Virus record (IMG/VR): IMGVR_UViG_3300026059_000005
Span: 3,177-67,176 of that record
Direction: 5' to 3' (one strand)
DNA length: 64,000 nt
Source of the DNA: a virus
Lineage: Duplodnaviria > Caudoviricetes
Shown here: positions 8,803 through 18,921 of the stretch, piece by piece
Layout of the letters: the number at the start of each line of letters is the position of its first letter
Position numbering within the stretch: position 1 is the stretch's first letter
Notes under the pieces: generated by a model
Told to the model about the DNA's origin: nothing
The model's database searches: none
What the model saw: only the letters and a program-made list of their open reading frames with translations
Program-made: the position numbers and the translations under genes

Positions 8803-9410
8803 TATAGGCTAATTGTGACCGTCAGGCGATTTCCATTTGAATCGACCGCGGCCGAAATTAGATCTTTGGTGTCCTCCAGATCCCTGATCTTGACCAGGGA
8901 TGTGCCCGCCCCGGAAAGCTTCCCGGCCAGCGCGGCGCCTATGACCTGCAGCATCTGGGTAGCGGTGATCCCCCCGATAATGACCCGGGACCAGACGGCG
9001 TCGGCGATGTCCTCTTCGATCCCGCTCGGGAGCTCCCCGCCCTCGACGACGATCATGCCGGCGCTGTTGGAAGAGCGAACGGAAACCTGGTTCACGTTGG
9101 CGACGTCCGCGACGTTGTTGTTCGCCCCCACCAGGTTGACGGCATACTGGCCGTCCTCGAAGGTCACCGTGTATCCGTTGATGATCTCAACGACCCGCGC
9201 CAGCGTGAGGCCGCCCAGCTCCACCGTCGTGTTGTGGCGATGGGTGTCCAGGAAGGGCATCCCCTCTTCGGATTCCTCAAGGGCCTTGAGCTCCAGCCGG
9301 AACCAGTCAACATCCATCTCGCGGATCTCTTTCGGGTTCGACTGAATTAAAGTCAGATCCGCTCTCGGGACGTTGATGATCTTGGTTTCCCAATCAACCG
9401 TGATTGCCAT
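8802..9410 (-). CDS. Putative virion structural protein
   Basis: 202 aa, beta-rich composition, operon context among tail genes. Confidence 0.7.
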   Translation of the reverse strand: MAITVDWETKIINVPRADLTLIQSNPKEIREMDVDWFRLELKALEESEEGMPFLDTHRHNTTVELGGLTLARVVEIINGYTVTFEDGQYAVNLVGANNNVADVANVNQVSVRSSNSAGMIVVEGGELPSGIEEDIADAVWSRVIIGGITATQMLQVIGAALAGKLSGAGTSLVKIRDLEDTKDLISAAVDSNGNRLTVTISL

Positions 9411-9663
9411 CAGTCAACCGCCTTATCTCTTCTTTGAGTAGGCTGTTTTCAATCAGGACCGCATTGGACGCGGCATTCGAAGTGTTAAGCGCCTGCTGGA
9501 CGATGCTCTGCTGGATCGCCTTTTCGATGAGCCATTGTTTTTTTTCGGCCTCGAGCATGATGATGATTTGTTTGGCGTTATTGAGCTGGCCCTCGAGCTG
9601 GGTGATCCTCGAGGTGGCCCCCGCGTAAAGCTTCTGGAACTTTTCAAGGTCAGTCATTGTCAT
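9394..9663 (-). CDS. Small coiled-coil protein (possible fibre chaperone)
   Basis: 89 aa with heptad pattern (ITQLEGQLNNAKQIIIMLEAEKK); follows a fibre-like gene. Confidence 0.6.
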   Translation of the reverse strand: MTMTDLEKFQKLYAGATSRITQLEGQLNNAKQIIIMLEAEKKQWLIEKAIQQSIVQQALNTSNAASNAVLIENSLLKEEIRRLTDGNHG

Positions 9664-11510
9664 CCATCAAGCGATAAAATAGCGGTTAAGGTCGTGTCTG
9701 CCGCCGTGGATATCACCCCCGATAAGGGCCCTGTTTTGTAGTATGGCGCGGCGGAAGATTTACGCGCCCAGCCTACCACGTTTTGGTTGGCGCCAATAGC
9801 CCGCGACATGGAAATCTCGCCGCCGGTGTCGGTCAGTCCTTCCAGAAAAACGAACGAACACTTGATCGTCCCGGTGGGGTCGCTGCCAGGCGAGCTCGCC
9901 ATGTCGTAGGTATAGCTGTTGTCGCCGGTTTTTGTGATTGTGAAAACGCCGTTATTGGCGGCCAAGCTTGCTCCGGAAATGACCACCTTGTCGTTGGTCA
10001 GCATCCCGTGGCTGGTGTGAGATACGGTGGCCGTCGTCCCGCTGTTGGTGATGGTGACCGTCGCGTCGTACGGGAATCCGCCGGAGGCCGCCGCCGCGGT
10101 TTTAAGCAACACTCTCGCGCTGCCTATCTTGGTGCCATCGGCAGTTTGCACGACCGCCTTGACCGTGCGTGAGCTCGTTACGATCACGATGGTCGCGCCG
10201 TCGCTTCGGTAGGAGGGCGCCGTGCCTCCAGAAATCGTCAGCGTTACAGTCCCGGATGTCCGCTTGAAATGCAGAGCGGAGTCGTTCACGTTGTTGCTCG
10301 CGCTGAACCCGGTCAGGATGACGTTGGTGAGCGTCATGGATGTTGGGCTGTTTAACCCGAACTCAATGGCGTGATGGGCATTCGCGCCCTTCACAAAAGT
10401 GCATCCGTTCAAATCGGTGTTGGGATCGGTATTGACGTCCCAGACCAGGGCGGAGGTGTCGGCAGCAACCGATGGGGAATCGAAAAGCGTTCCGGCGAAT
10501 TTCGCGTCGTTTGCCGTGATCGTGTTGCATCGGCGGAACACGCTGGCCAGGACGTCGCTCGCCGCCTTGAAGATGAACGTGTCCATGTCCGTGAACGTGC
10601 ATCCTGAAAAATTGACATCGCAATCATCTATGACTTCGAGCGCACCTTTTGAAGCGGTTGTCGAGGGCGATGTGCAAGTGATGTTAATACCCGTCCAATC
10701 GACCCTGGAGGTCGCCTGGCGGATTTCGATCTTGTTGAACGCGGAGGAAACCTTGCGGCACTCCTGAACAAAGATGGCCGCGTTGGAATCGCGGAAGTCC
10801 ACCGCGTTCGAATATCCAAGGGTCATCAACCCCTTCCATTGATACCCACCGGGAACCGCCTGGATCAAGCCCCACCGGGCGCCGATGGCATCGTTTGCAG
10901 CGGCAAACCCGGAAAAGGTCGCGTACCCGTTGGTGCCGTCGCCATACCGTATCCGGGCTTCCCCGCGCCCAAAGCGCACGCCGTCCACCTTGTGCGGCTG
11001 GCCTTTCGACGGCCCGGCGGCGGTCATCAGAATCGCCATGCCAACGTGCTGCAGGGTCGAGGAGGGCGAGCCCTCGGTGTAATCTGGTGTAAGCGTCGGA
11101 TCTATCGCATGGTTGTACCAGCCGCCGGTCGGGTACGGCGGGGCGTTCTTTCCTGAAATCTTCCACGCCTTGAACGCGGCGGTGGAGCTCCCAACGCAGG
11201 CGCGGACTCCGCCATTTTCGATGGTGTCCAACAGGGCGCCGGCGTCGAACTTGTGCCATATAAAAAAAGCCCCGTTGGTCGGAACCGTCACACCGGAACC
11301 ATAGTCGAAAGCGATCGAGCCGACGCCTGACTTTTGCGCGGCGGCAGCGGACGCATGATAGTTCCCCTGAAAGATATCGTCCGTATCGTTGTTGACTGGG
11401 GTGCCGCCAGCGTTGTAGGCAACGGTTGTCCCGGCCAGCTCCTCAACCGTGCCGGTATTTTCGGCCAGGTTGAAAATAGAAAGATCGGTTTCGTAGGCAG
11501 GCGCAGTCAT
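9660..11510 (-). CDS. Tail fibre/spike-like structural protein (beta-helix-like middle, small beta insert near the C-terminus)
   Basis: Start moved to ATG 11510 (MTAPAYETDL), just after the stop of the upstream gene. T/G/S/A-rich; repeats such as VNFSGCTFTD and LNGCTFVK. Confidence 0.75.
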   Translation of the reverse strand: MTAPAYETDLSIFNLAENTGTVEELAGTTVAYNAGGTPVNNDTDDIFQGNYHASAAAAQKSGVGSIAFDYGSGVTVPTNGAFFIWHKFDAGALLDTIENGGVRACVGSSTAAFKAWKISGKNAPPYPTGGWYNHAIDPTLTPDYTEGSPSSTLQHVGMAILMTAAGPSKGQPHKVDGVRFGRGEARIRYGDGTNGYATFSGFAAANDAIGARWGLIQAVPGGYQWKGLMTLGYSNAVDFRDSNAAIFVQECRKVSSAFNKIEIRQATSRVDWTGINITCTSPSTTASKGALEVIDDCDVNFSGCTFTDMDTFIFKAASDVLASVFRRCNTITANDAKFAGTLFDSPSVAADTSALVWDVNTDPNTDLNGCTFVKGANAHHAIEFGLNSPTSMTLTNVILTGFSASNNVNDSALHFKRTSGTVTLTISGGTAPSYRSDGATIVIVTSSRTVKAVVQTADGTKIGSARVLLKTAAAASGGFPYDATVTITNSGTTATVSHTSHGMLTNDKVVISGASLAANNGVFTITKTGDNSYTYDMASSPGSDPTGTIKCSFVFLEGLTDTGGEISMSRAIGANQNVVGWARKSSAAPYYKTGPLSGVISTAADTTLTAILSLDG

Positions 11511-11511
11511 A

Positions 11512-11985
11512 TTATTTCCCGTTAGCCAGCTGTAGATCTTTCGCAGCAGTTCCCAAATCCGCGAGAACATCCCGCTCCGTTCTTCCGACTGGCAAAAGAA
11601 CGTGTTTATTTCGTCCGAATCCGGAACCCACCACCACCGCATTGCCGGCTTTCACCAAGTCGGCAATGAGCCCCCTGGCGGCAGGGCTCCGCCAGGCGTC
11701 AGGGCGTCCGGGATCTTGCAGCGCGAGATAGGTATCGGACTTTGGAAGCTTCTCGAACACTATCTTGCATTTGTCCGGTCGCAACGCCTGGGACAATTCC
11801 CCATGTTGATACCAGTAGCATTCGAAACGCTGGCAGGATGGCGGCCTGGTTTCGTAGATACCGCACCCCTCTCCGATCTGGCAGAACTTGCACCAGACGT
11901 AGACGGGTTTGTCGAGCTCTGGTACCGATGTGAGGCGGCAGCATAAAGTACACGCCCCACACCGGTTGTTCAGATGGGCCACCAT
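11512..11985 (-). CDS. YkgJ-family CxxCxxCC cysteine-cluster (Zn/Fe-S chelating) protein
   Basis: CGACTLCC plus C..C...GCGIYETRPPSCQRFEC, the characteristic pattern of the CxxCxxCC family. Confidence 0.8.
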   Translation of the reverse strand: MVAHLNNRCGACTLCCRLTSVPELDKPVYVWCKFCQIGEGCGIYETRPPSCQRFECYWYQHGELSQALRPDKCKIVFEKLPKSDTYLALQDPGRPDAWRSPAARGLIADLVKAGNAVVVGSGFGRNKHVLLPVGRTERDVLADLGTAAKDLQLANGK

Positions 11986-11987
11986 GA

Positions 11988-13661
11988 TTACGCGTCGCTG
12001 GTACGGTTGGCCGTTGCCGTCCCGCCGCCGGTGGTAAGGTTCGAAGTGGTTTCGAAGGTTTTGATCGGAGTCCCTCCACCGTCGCGCACGCGCACGAACA
12101 TCGTTCGATCAGCTGAGTATTTGATCGTAACTGCCTCCTGATCGGCCTCCGCGTCTTTGTCGATATAGGCCAGGAACACGTTGTTCCCAGCCGTCGCATC
12201 CAGCGGGTCGGTGAAGTCGGTGGACGCGATCGTAAAATACCGACTGCCGTCGTGGGCGGAGTAAGGAACCATGCGGTAAACGCCGGTGTCGAGCCTGATT
12301 CGCAAAGTTCCCGTTTGAGGCGTGTCGGCCGGGATGTTGCCGACGCCAACGTCCACCTGGGTTTGGCCCGCCGCGTTGAGAGTGGTGCCCAGGGTCAGCT
12401 GATCGTAATCGATCGCGTTGCCTTGCGCGTTGGTCACCAGCACTCGGTCACCAACCACCAGGCCGTAGACCGTGAACACTACGTTATTCGGCGGCTGCCG
12501 CAAGGTGTTGGTAAGATCGAAGAGCTTGTCGCTTGTGGTCAGATCCTCCGCTTCGACGCCGATTCCGAACGCGCCGATCAGGGTTGTGCCGGTGGACTGT
12601 CCGATAAAGACCGGTGACAGGGACCGGGTCGTCGGAGATCCGTTCACCGTGCAAGTCTTAGCGGATGAGCCTCCCGTGATGGTGGCCGATGCCGCCGGCG
12701 GAACGCCCTTGGTGAGCTGGATCCACATGGTGCCGGTCGTGCCCGCGTCGTTGACCGCAAGCAAAACACCTTCGCCGGCCGTCAACCCGGTGCCCCAGGT
12801 CAGGACTTCGTTCTGGGTCCAGTCGCCCGCCCCGGTTTCAGAGGTGTAGGCCCATTGGTGCGTGATGCCGCGGAAGAGCTCGGCATCCATGCCGTACAGG
12901 GTTTCGGCGGTGCCGCGGCGGGTGAGCCACTTGGCTCGCTCGTACAGCTGGTTGATCGAATAGGTGGCCTTGTTCCATTGGCTGTAATACGGCTGGGGGC
13001 CATCCCCGTTCTGCAGGTCGATCGTCTGGTAGCCCTCGACGTTTGAAATGGTCGTCCAGCCGGCAACCGTTCCGACCGCCGTCGCATTGTTGAGGTCGGG
13101 CGAGGTGAAGATAGCCGCGACGCTGTTGCCCAGGCCCATCGTGACCTCGAACTCCGCGTAGGTGTGGCCCCACTCCCGCGCATACACCCGGATGCGCTTG
13201 CCGTCGATATCGGCCGCCGCGGTGCGGGTTTTTACCATGCACCGCATCAGGATGTTGGCCCCAGCGTCGGCGTTCAGCCCGGTGCCCCAGAACGGCGCGT
13301 CAGTATCATACAGGCCGTTGTTTTGAACGATCTGGAGCGTCGTCGTCCCGGCGATGGCGCCCACCACCACCAGGCCCGAATAGAGCTCGTCGCCCCCTGC
13401 CTGCTGGATGGAGCCGTCGTACAGATACTCTGCCGCGTCGTCGTCGATATTGTACGGCGCGTTGAGCGTGATGATGTTGTCGGTCGCCCGCTCGCTGGGG
13501 GTGGCGCTGGTGATGTCCATGAGGTCATTCCCGGCCGCCGCCGCGTCATCGGCCAACCCCTGGAGCCAGCGGTGGAACTCCAAGACGGTGTAAGTGGTGC
13601 TGCCGGAAACGTGGCGAATGTCACCGTTAACAGCAATGGAAAAATCATCGGAAATGGTCAT
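11988..13661 (-). CDS. Virion structural (tail-associated) protein
   Basis: 557 aa, T/G/A-rich beta composition, RBS GAAGGAG, tail context. Confidence 0.75.
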   Translation of the reverse strand: MTISDDFSIAVNGDIRHVSGSTTYTVLEFHRWLQGLADDAAAAGNDLMDITSATPSERATDNIITLNAPYNIDDDAAEYLYDGSIQQAGGDELYSGLVVVGAIAGTTTLQIVQNNGLYDTDAPFWGTGLNADAGANILMRCMVKTRTAAADIDGKRIRVYAREWGHTYAEFEVTMGLGNSVAAIFTSPDLNNATAVGTVAGWTTISNVEGYQTIDLQNGDGPQPYYSQWNKATYSINQLYERAKWLTRRGTAETLYGMDAELFRGITHQWAYTSETGAGDWTQNEVLTWGTGLTAGEGVLLAVNDAGTTGTMWIQLTKGVPPAASATITGGSSAKTCTVNGSPTTRSLSPVFIGQSTGTTLIGAFGIGVEAEDLTTSDKLFDLTNTLRQPPNNVVFTVYGLVVGDRVLVTNAQGNAIDYDQLTLGTTLNAAGQTQVDVGVGNIPADTPQTGTLRIRLDTGVYRMVPYSAHDGSRYFTIASTDFTDPLDATAGNNVFLAYIDKDAEADQEAVTIKYSADRTMFVRVRDGGGTPIKTFETTSNLTTGGGTATANRTSDA

Positions 13662-13682
13662 CGGTGGATCTCCTTCTGGGGT

Positions 13683-14090
13683 TTATTTTTTTTCAACATG
13701 GGCGGCCAGGGATATGATCCGCCCCCAGGCGTCACGCTCGGTGACCCGCAGCTGGATGTCCTGGATGACCTCGGTCTTAAAGGTCGGAATCTCCCGCCGC
13801 GATTCGACGATGGCGGCGGTCAGGTTCTCCATGGTCTGCTGGGTCAAGTACTGGATTTCGGCGATCCTGTCTATCAGGACTTCATTGCTGGGGGGCGCAA
13901 TCGCCTGCCGCTCCAGCATGGCCTTGGTCAGGGTGTGAAGATCGACCAGCCGCTTGATGGCGCCGGTGATCTCCTTGAGGACGTCGGCCACCTCGTTCCT
14001 GGCGACCTTTTCCACCTCGGCCTTGACCGCGGCCTTCTTGATCAGTTGGACGCCGGCGTCAATGTCGGCTTTCGTTAGCTGTTTAGGCAT
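13683..14090 (-). CDS. Hypothetical helical protein
   Basis: 135 aa ORF, coupled to the upstream ejection gene. Confidence 0.65.
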   Translation of the reverse strand: MPKQLTKADIDAGVQLIKKAAVKAEVEKVARNEVADVLKEITGAIKRLVDLHTLTKAMLERQAIAPPSNEVLIDRIAEIQYLTQQTMENLTAAIVESRREIPTFKTEVIQDIQLRVTERDAWGRIISLAAHVEKK

Positions 14091-17000
14091 TCGAGTAACC
14101 TCTCCGCGAAGTCCATCTGCTTATCGTTTTCGGCGATCGCCTCGCTGGCCTTTGATTTCACCCGGGCGATATTGCCTTCCGCATCCATGGCGGTGACCTC
14201 GATCTCGACATCCTTGCGCTTCAGGCTCGCCCGCATCTGGCTTTCGGCCTCCGGCTTCCCGCCGCGCACGCCCTCTACAAAGACCTGGTCAAACGGCTCC
14301 AGCTTGAGATCCTCTTTCCCCTGCAGGAGGATAAAGCCGTCGCTGGTCCACCCGGCCTGCTGGTAGCGCTTGCCGTCGATCTGGACTTCCTGGCCCTCGA
14401 GAAAGTCGCCGGCGACCTGGCGGTCCATCACCACCTGCCACCCCTCATCCTCGAGGTTCTTGATCGTTTCCTGGGCATCGCGCATCCGCGCCATCTCGGG
14501 GTCGGTGTCTTGGACCTCGAGCATGACGTCGATCAGCTCGCGAAATCTCCAGTACTGTTTGAAGGTGAGCTTCTTGCCGGTTTCGACGTTCCGGACGATG
14601 GCGTCGAATTCCTTCCGGGACCATTGCCCGCCTTTCATCCCGAACCATTTGGGATAGGTCGTTCCGACGATGTGATTCAACCCGGGCTCGCGCCCGCCGC
14701 GCTCGACCATTCCCTGGTGGACCTGGGTCTTGATGTAATCCCAGGCGTCCAGGAGCTCGTCCGGGACCACCACCGCGCCCTTGTTCGCCTTCCGGTACGC
14801 GGATACCTCCGAAAGTAGGCGCTCAGAGTCATCAGCGATCGATGCCTTGAGCTCCTCGGTTTTCCCAGGCTCACCTACAGGCCCCTCGGAGATCTCCTCG
14901 CCTTGGGCCTCTGGTGCGGTCGCTTTTTTGGCTTTCTTGGCTTTTTTGGCCTGAGAGGCAATTTCGGCCTTCAGGAGGCCCACCTTCTCAGCTGAGCTCA
15001 TCTCGTCGTCGGTCGGCAGATCGGCCAGGCGTTTCTTTTCCGCAGCCGGCAGGTTGCCCCAGAGGTGATCGAACTCCTGCTGGGGGGTCATCTTTTTCTT
15101 GGCCGGCTTTTCGGCCGGCTCTTCGGCGGGCGCCTCGAGGTCGATATCCTGCCACTCGGATCCCTCCCCTGCCACCACCGGGCTCGCTTGGGAGGGTGTC
15201 ACCTTCGTAGTGACCTTAGTCCCTATGGTTTTCGCCTCGGCAGCAGCAGGGGAGAGAGCGGTGCCAACGGCCTCGACCACCTTCTGGCCAACGGTCTTTT
15301 CAACCGGCTGGACAGTTTGGTCGACCACCGTTTTGCGCCGGGCGAACTCCACATAGACGCCGGCGAGAGCGTCCTGGACCTGATCCAGCTCTTTAACGAA
15401 TTCCTTGTCGGCGGAATCCTTGCGCAGGCCCAGGGCCGATTTGATCTTTTCCACCAGGTCGAAAACATACCGGGCCAGCTTTTGCCCCAGGGTGGGATCG
15501 GCCGCGTTGACCTTTTCCCAGAAAGCCTTTTCCTTGAACTGGGATCCGGCGAAATCGGCGATGAACTCCTCGCGGGTGAGGGCCTCCTCCCGGGTTAGCT
15601 CCTGGACGCCGGCCTCCTTGCGGATGTCGTTCTGCTTGGCGAGCCAGGCGTCGAACCCCACCTCGTTGCCCTGGATCAGCGTGGCGATTTTGCCGTAAAG
15701 ATCGGGTGCCTCGCTCTTTATCTGATGCAGGGTTTCGTGCCCCAGCACGACCGCGAACGGGTCCGCGGAATTCTCGTTGATGAAGACGGTATTGCTCCCC
15801 TCGTCGTACAGGCCATTGAAAGAGTTGGAAGCCCCCTCGCCCTTGAAGAAAACGACTTTGGCCCCCAGGGCCTGGCCAATCTGCTGGACCATCCCCATGC
15901 CTTCGCCGCCCCTGGCCTCGCTGACAGCAACCTCCTCGCCTGCAGGAAGGGCGTCCTTCAGGTGGACCGACAGATAGGACTTGAGGGTGGCCAGGTCTTC
16001 AGGGGTGGCCGCGGTGTAGGTAGACGGCCCGGCGACCTCGAGCTCGCCGCCGGCCGCCAGGATCATCTCCTCCATGCGCGGGATGATCGGATTGTCGGGC
16101 CATTGCTCCCGGGCCTTGTTGAGCGTGCTCTGGATCTCATTGACCGAAATCGCGCCGGTTTCCAGGCCGGCCTCCATGGCATCGGCCGTCTTTTCGTAAA
16201 TCGGCAAAAGGATCTCGGTGAACTTCTGAGCGTCCTTAACGCTTTTGACGCTGCGACCGACATGGATCGCGGGACCGCCTACCCCCAGGAGCGCCATGCC
16301 AGATGCGACTTTCTTGGCGACCTCTTTCAGCTGGTCGGCCGTTTCCTCGGATCCCAAGGCCTCGATCACGTTCTCGTTGTTCATTATCGCCTTGGTGATG
16401 ATCCCCGGGAGCTCCTGCATCACCTCAGTCCCGGTTTCGCCGCCGACTCCAATGATATAGTCCTTCGCCGCTTCCAGTATTTTTTCGCGCAAAATCTTGC
16501 TCGATTTCACAAACGGCCGGATGCCGCCCTTGGTCACGCCCTTCAGGCCCGGGACCAACTTCAGGGCCGCCTCGAACCCAACCATTTCGAAGGCGCCGTC
16601 AATGGCTCCGATTATGTCGGCCGCGACCGCCTTGGTCTGGACATCCCATTTGTTCTCGGTGTCCTCCTCCATTAACTCCTTGAAAGCGAGGCCGCCCTCG
16701 ACCGCCTTGGATCTGCGATAATACTGCATCCGCATTGCCATACCGCCGGCCGCTGCCATAGCGGCTGGTATGGTAATCGGAGCCAGCGGACCAGACACAA
16801 CACCCGCGGCGACCCCAGCCCCAACGACCCCAGCTGCCAGGGCCGCATAGCCGCCGGTCAGGTACGGGTTCATCTGATCATCCATGAGCTGGTTGACCTG
16901 CTGGCCGATGAGCTCCCCCGCAGCGGGAAGCATACTGGAAAGACCCTCCTCCGTAGAATTGTAACCCATAACCTTGTCGAGGATGTCCAGGTACTTCAGC

Positions 17001-17695
17001 TCTTCCGGCGTGAGGTCTTTGCCGGCAACCATGGCCTGGCGGCGCTTCTCCCAGAGCATCCCGGCCCGGTCCATGGCCGCACCGGAAAGCGCGTCCTTGA
17101 CCGTGTCGCTTTCAAGCCAGCTGTCGGGTATGGCGCCGTGCGCCACGATCCTCATGTAGTTGGAGGCCTCCTCGTTCTGGCGCTCCTGCTGGGCTTTCTT
17201 TTCAGCCGCCTTCAGGGCCGCGGCGGCTTCTTGCTCCGGAGTCATGGCCGGCTTTTTTCTGCGCTTCGCAAGATTATGAAGGCTCTTCATGCCACCCGGG
17301 ATCGGCGGCGTGAAAGCTTCCTCGCCCTCATCGGGGGCGTTCAGGTCAAGCGTTTCCCACTCCTCCTCCGCGGGCGCTTCCTTTTTGGCAGCTGGGGTTT
17401 CAGCCGGAGCCGGCTCGCCGGTCTTGGTATCGATTCCGCCGACAAAACGATTCGGGTGATCATCGGACTTGAAACGCGAATCCCAATGATACTTACCGTC
17501 CTCCTCGTTGTACTCGGGCTCGACGCCGGCCCTGAAGGCCGCCCGGTAGTCGTACATATGCCGGGGGTCGTCCGGGTTGGGATCGAGCCCGGTCGTGTCG
17601 GCTACCCTGGTGTACCAGTCCCGAAACTCGGGCTCGTCATCAGGGCCGTCCGCTTCGAGATCGATCTCTTCCCAGTCAGCTTCGGCGCCGTTCAT
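14075..17695 (-). CDS. Large internal virion/ejection protein with a zincin-like HExxH domain
   Basis: 1206 aa. Hydrophobic Gly/Ala segment (GGYAALAAGVVGAGVAAG) typical of ejection proteins. FNGLYDEGSNTVFINENSADPFAVVLGHETLH...EEFIAD matches the polyvalent-protein metallopeptidase (MPTase) pattern. Confidence 0.8.
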   Translation of the reverse strand: MNGAEADWEEIDLEADGPDDEPEFRDWYTRVADTTGLDPNPDDPRHMYDYRAAFRAGVEPEYNEEDGKYHWDSRFKSDDHPNRFVGGIDTKTGEPAPAETPAAKKEAPAEEEWETLDLNAPDEGEEAFTPPIPGGMKSLHNLAKRRKKPAMTPEQEAAAALKAAEKKAQQERQNEEASNYMRIVAHGAIPDSWLESDTVKDALSGAAMDRAGMLWEKRRQAMVAGKDLTPEELKYLDILDKVMGYNSTEEGLSSMLPAAGELIGQQVNQLMDDQMNPYLTGGYAALAAGVVGAGVAAGVVSGPLAPITIPAAMAAAGGMAMRMQYYRRSKAVEGGLAFKELMEEDTENKWDVQTKAVAADIIGAIDGAFEMVGFEAALKLVPGLKGVTKGGIRPFVKSSKILREKILEAAKDYIIGVGGETGTEVMQELPGIITKAIMNNENVIEALGSEETADQLKEVAKKVASGMALLGVGGPAIHVGRSVKSVKDAQKFTEILLPIYEKTADAMEAGLETGAISVNEIQSTLNKAREQWPDNPIIPRMEEMILAAGGELEVAGPSTYTAATPEDLATLKSYLSVHLKDALPAGEEVAVSEARGGEGMGMVQQIGQALGAKVVFFKGEGASNSFNGLYDEGSNTVFINENSADPFAVVLGHETLHQIKSEAPDLYGKIATLIQGNEVGFDAWLAKQNDIRKEAGVQELTREEALTREEFIADFAGSQFKEKAFWEKVNAADPTLGQKLARYVFDLVEKIKSALGLRKDSADKEFVKELDQVQDALAGVYVEFARRKTVVDQTVQPVEKTVGQKVVEAVGTALSPAAAEAKTIGTKVTTKVTPSQASPVVAGEGSEWQDIDLEAPAEEPAEKPAKKKMTPQQEFDHLWGNLPAAEKKRLADLPTDDEMSSAEKVGLLKAEIASQAKKAKKAKKATAPEAQGEEISEGPVGEPGKTEELKASIADDSERLLSEVSAYRKANKGAVVVPDELLDAWDYIKTQVHQGMVERGGREPGLNHIVGTTYPKWFGMKGGQWSRKEFDAIVRNVETGKKLTFKQYWRFRELIDVMLEVQDTDPEMARMRDAQETIKNLEDEGWQVVMDRQVAGDFLEGQEVQIDGKRYQQAGWTSDGFILLQGKEDLKLEPFDQVFVEGVRGGKPEAESQMRASLKRKDVEIEVTAMDAEGNIARVKSKASEAIAENDKQMDFAERLLECLNS

Positions 17696-18909
17696 TTGCG
17701 GATCTCCGTTGTGCCGTCCTTAAAAGTTACCTTGACCTCGCCGGTCGTCTTATTGAACTGGGCCTTGACCGGGACGCCCTTTTCGGGATGGGGTTTCTTG
17801 GCCAGGGCCCGGGCCTTGTCGACGTCGACCTGGAGCTTTTTGGTTTTGGCGATCTCATCCGGCGTGCCAGGGGCTGAATTGTCGGCGGTGGCTTTATCGC
17901 CTGCAGGCTCGGCGGCGGGCGCAGCGGCCTCGGCCGGCTGAACGTCCTGGCGAGAAACATCCAGCTGGTCCATGTTCTGCTGCTGCATCTTGGCCTGCCG
18001 GTAGCCCGGGTCGGTGCGCATCTTGATTTGTTCACGCTGTTGACGCACCTGGGCGAGCTCGTTCTGCAAAGTGATGAAGGCCTCCATCATCGCCGGAGCG
18101 GGCTTTCCGCCAACCCCCTCGGCGGCCATCCTGGCCATGTCCTGGATGATTCTCATCTCAGCTGTCCGCAGGGTGTTGTCCTGCTTCTGGAGGGCTTCCA
18201 TGGCCTTGCCCTGTTTCTCCTGGATCTTGCCGGTTCGCTCCGCCCAGGCCTTGTCCTTTTCGGCTTTCTTTTTTTCCAGGGCCTCTTTGGTCTTTTGGTC
18301 GAGATCGAAACGTCCCATCAGCTCCTTGTAGGCCTCCTTCTGATGCCGCACCTTGCCCTCGATTTGTTCCTTAACGTGCGCCCGGTAGCGCTTGACCTCT
18401 TCCTGCCATGCTGCGTTTTGCTTTTTGTTCAGGCGGAACCGGTCTTCCCATATGACATTACCGCCAAACACGGCCCGGAAGAGCTCCGGCAGATCCTGAC
18501 GCGTGGCATCGTCCACCTCTTTCATAACGTCGACGACAAATGGATCGCCACCGATCTGCTGAAACACGGCTTGTTCAAAACGGGTTCGATCGGGGGGTGG
18601 CGGCTCTTCCGACTTGATTTCGCCTGGAGTGGTTTTCCCCCAGCGCTTGCTCGCCCAGTCGGCCCGCTCCTGCGCCGTCATGTTTTTCTGGCGCTCATCA
18701 AAAGTAGAATCGTCCGGGTTGAACCCGTCCGCTCCTGCAGGCGCCGGCGGAGGCGGAGCCGCCTGAGGCGGCGCCTCTGGAAGAGCTGACATATCCGACA
18801 CGCCGACCTCGGCCGTCAGGTTGGGGTCAACCTCTTCGGCGTATTCACCGGGCTCCTCGACATCCTCGTCGAATCCTTCGCCCTCGTCGAATTGATCTCG
18901 CAATCTCAT
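17692..18909 (-). CDS. Putative internal virion/ejection protein
   Basis: 405 aa, helical/coiled-coil, Pro/Ala linkers; lies in the podovirus ejection-gene position. Confidence 0.7.
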   Translation of the reverse strand: MRLRDQFDEGEGFDEDVEEPGEYAEEVDPNLTAEVGVSDMSALPEAPPQAAPPPPAPAGADGFNPDDSTFDERQKNMTAQERADWASKRWGKTTPGEIKSEEPPPPDRTRFEQAVFQQIGGDPFVVDVMKEVDDATRQDLPELFRAVFGGNVIWEDRFRLNKKQNAAWQEEVKRYRAHVKEQIEGKVRHQKEAYKELMGRFDLDQKTKEALEKKKAEKDKAWAERTGKIQEKQGKAMEALQKQDNTLRTAEMRIIQDMARMAAEGVGGKPAPAMMEAFITLQNELAQVRQQREQIKMRTDPGYRQAKMQQQNMDQLDVSRQDVQPAEAAAPAAEPAGDKATADNSAPGTPDEIAKTKKLQVDVDKARALAKKPHPEKGVPVKAQFNKTTGEVKVTFKDGTTEIRK

Positions 18910-18921
18910 CGGACATCTCCT

